NCBI GenBank assembly: GCA_964527365.1
Contig: CAZGQV010000002.1
Location: 12,212 to 76,211 of the forward strand
Length of the DNA stretch: 64,000 nucleotides
Source: Candidatus Woesearchaeota archaeon
GTDB taxonomy: Archaea > Nanobdellota > Nanobdellia > Pacearchaeales > GW2011-AR1
Reading direction: 5' to 3'
Positions 62,529 to 64,000 of the stretch are shown one piece after another. The notes under the pieces were generated by a model. The model was not told the DNA's origin. It did no database searches and worked only from the letters and a program-made list of their open reading frames with translations. The translations under genes were made by a program, and so were the position numbers. The stretch's first letter is position 1, and each line of letters begins with the position of its first letter.

Positions 62529-63209
62529 TTACTCCAAAATTTTTAAAATTTTAATTAGACCGGAAATATCATCAATCTCAAAATCCGCCCCACTCTTTCC
62601 AAAAGGAACTGGTTTAGAATCACCATACCTGGCATAACAAGTTTTAATTCCCAATTTCTTTGGCGTATTAATATCTCGATTAATTCTATCTCCAATCATC
62701 AAAGCTTCATTTGGTTTTATTTTCAAATTATTCAACACAACATTGAAAGGAGTTGTACTTGTTTTTTCTCTTTTTACATCTCCCTTCGTTATAACAAATT
62801 CAAAAAAACTATCTAATTTCATTGTAACTAATCTCATCCAAGCATAAATTCGTGGAGCATCACTAACAACAGCAAGCCTATATTTTTTATTCAGTTTTAA
62901 CAAAGTTGAAATAACATTTGAATATGGTACAAGATAAGTTTCACGAAAATTGCGATAAGTTGTTACTCCATGAGCTAAAATTCTATAATCAATTTTTCCA
63001 GTTTCTTTTTTCAACAATTTTTGAAAAATTTTATCATATTCAATCCCATATTTATCATACAAATCATATAAACTTTCCAAAGCTCTTTTTTTATTAACTT
63101 TCCAACCAGCACCAATCATTGCATCAATTGCTTCATTACAACAACGCGTCTTCATTTTCATAAAATCCATCAAAGTATTATCTATATCAAATAAAATTGC
63201 TTTAATCAT
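62529..63209 (-). CDS. HAD-superfamily hydrolase
   Basis: 'ILFDIDNTL' (DxDxT), 'AVVSDAP' and 'MIGDRINRDI'. Confidence 0.85.
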   Translation of the reverse strand: MIKAILFDIDNTLMDFMKMKTRCCNEAIDAMIGAGWKVNKKRALESLYDLYDKYGIEYDKIFQKLLKKETGKIDYRILAHGVTTYRNFRETYLVPYSNVISTLLKLNKKYRLAVVSDAPRIYAWMRLVTMKLDSFFEFVITKGDVKREKTSTTPFNVVLNNLKIKPNEALMIGDRINRDINTPKKLGIKTCYARYGDSKPVPFGKSGADFEIDDISGLIKILKILE

Positions 63210-63290
63210 ATTGCATAAAAAAATCCAATTTATATAAAGTTAATCACAACTTCCCAAATAACTTAAAAACCCTTCTTGCTTTTTGCATAC

Positions 63291-63941
63291 ATGGTAAAGA
63301 GGGTGGAATCATTTCTGAATAAAAAAAACATCAAAAATTTTTTAAAAAAATTTTGGTTTATAGTTTGGAAAGATGATTCATTCAAAGGGTGGATAATCTC
63401 TTTAATATTTTTATTCGTAATAATAAAATTAATTTTCTTTCCATTATTATCTTTAACAACTGGAACTAATTTACCTTTAGTAATTGTAGAATCATGTTCG
63501 ATGTATCATGAAGGAAATTTATTCTCAAATTTTGATAATTGGTGGACAAACCATGACATGAAATATTTTCAATTGAAAATAACAGATAAAGATTGGCAAA
63601 CATTCTCTTTCAAAAAAGGATTCAACAAAGGAGACATATTATTCATAACGGGAATAAAACCAGAAAAAGTAGAAATTGGAGATGTGATAATATTTAATGC
63701 TAACTACCATAACCCAGTTATTCATCGAATTATTTCAATACAAAAAGAAGAAAATGAATATATTTTTTCAACAATTGGAGACAACAACAACGGACAAATT
63801 AACTTTGAAAAAAGAATATTAGAAAATCAAATTGTAGGTAAAGCAACAGCAAATATTGCCCCTTATTTGGGCTGGGTTAAATTAATCTTTTTTGAAAGAT
63901 TAAGATATCCAGAAGAAAGAGGATTTTGTAAAGAAAATTAA
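63291..63941 (+). CDS. signal peptidase I, archaeal/eukaryotic (Ser-His) type
   Basis: TM anchor, 'VESCSMYHEG' (catalytic Ser region), 'GDVIIFNANYHNPVIHRII' (His) and 'TIGDNNNGQ'. The start is set at ATG 63291, about 26 nt after AACTTAAAAAC; the track start is TTG. Confidence 0.72.
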   Translation: MVKRVESFLNKKNIKNFLKKFWFIVWKDDSFKGWIISLIFLFVIIKLIFFPLLSLTTGTNLPLVIVESCSMYHEGNLFSNFDNWWTNHDMKYFQLKITDKDWQTFSFKKGFNKGDILFITGIKPEKVEIGDVIIFNANYHNPVIHRIISIQKEENEYIFSTIGDNNNGQINFEKRILENQIVGKATANIAPYLGWVKLIFFERLRYPEERGFCKEN

Positions 63942-64000
63942 TTCTTAATAGAAATAACAAAATATATAAATCAACTGTTCATATAGAAACCTATGGAATT

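Noticed and set aside
1-64000. Mobile elements, prophage, defence islands, DGR/retron, toxin-antitoxin pairs
   Set aside because: I recognised no integrase, transposase, reverse transcriptase, Cas, restriction-modification or toxin domain in any frame. Only att-like scars (31975/32344 and 54735) hint at past integration.

Overview
Strongly AT-rich, gene-dense archaeal chromosome segment with about 70 protein genes and 3 tRNAs. Archaeal identity rests on RFC small and large subunits, FEN1, a family-B DNA polymerase, two CDC48/VCP ATPases, ribosomal protein L41e, archaeal-type GlyRS/ThrRS/TrpRS/PheRS alpha+beta, Trm5, type-2 MetAP, an archaeal Ser/His signal peptidase and a class-III-signal pilin. 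Metabolic genes are few: split ADP-forming acetyl-CoA synthetase, NAD kinase, UMP kinase, dCMP deaminase and a small ferredoxin. Many ORFs are small membrane, secreted or coiled-coil proteins with no recognisable family, and TATA-like boxes about 25 nt before the ATG suggest mostly leaderless mRNAs. I infer a reduced-genome, DPANN-like archaeon. I saw no rRNA, CRISPR array, transposase, integrase or reverse transcriptase. Leads worth a second look, in window order: (1) a PEP-synthase-like protein lacking the phosphohistidine swivel domain, with degenerate catalytic motifs and a 41-aa tandem-repeat acidic tail. (2) An RRM/RGG RNA-binding protein plus a DUF378 gene forming a two-gene plus-strand islet with strong Shine-Dalgarno sites. 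(3) A tRNA-Glu(CUC) gene split by an unusually long, highly structured 116-nt intron, next to a tRNA-Gln whose 3' end is duplicated 354 bp away in an att-like arrangement. (4) CTGCAGGAAC inverted repeats with a G-run in an AT-rich divergent intergenic region, recurring as a perfect palindrome at the FEN1 promoter; these could be ORB-like origin boxes or a regulon operator. (5) A PolB whose steric-gate Tyr and motif-B Asn/Tyr are replaced. (6) A co-directional cluster of Zn-ribbon/AbrB-like, CDC48, sHsp-like and CDC48 genes with a repeat operator at its promoter. Three small genes missing from the ORF track were found by hand: a 55-aa ferredoxin, L41e and a 35-aa zinc-ribbon peptide. All family calls come from motif recognition by eye; no searches were run.
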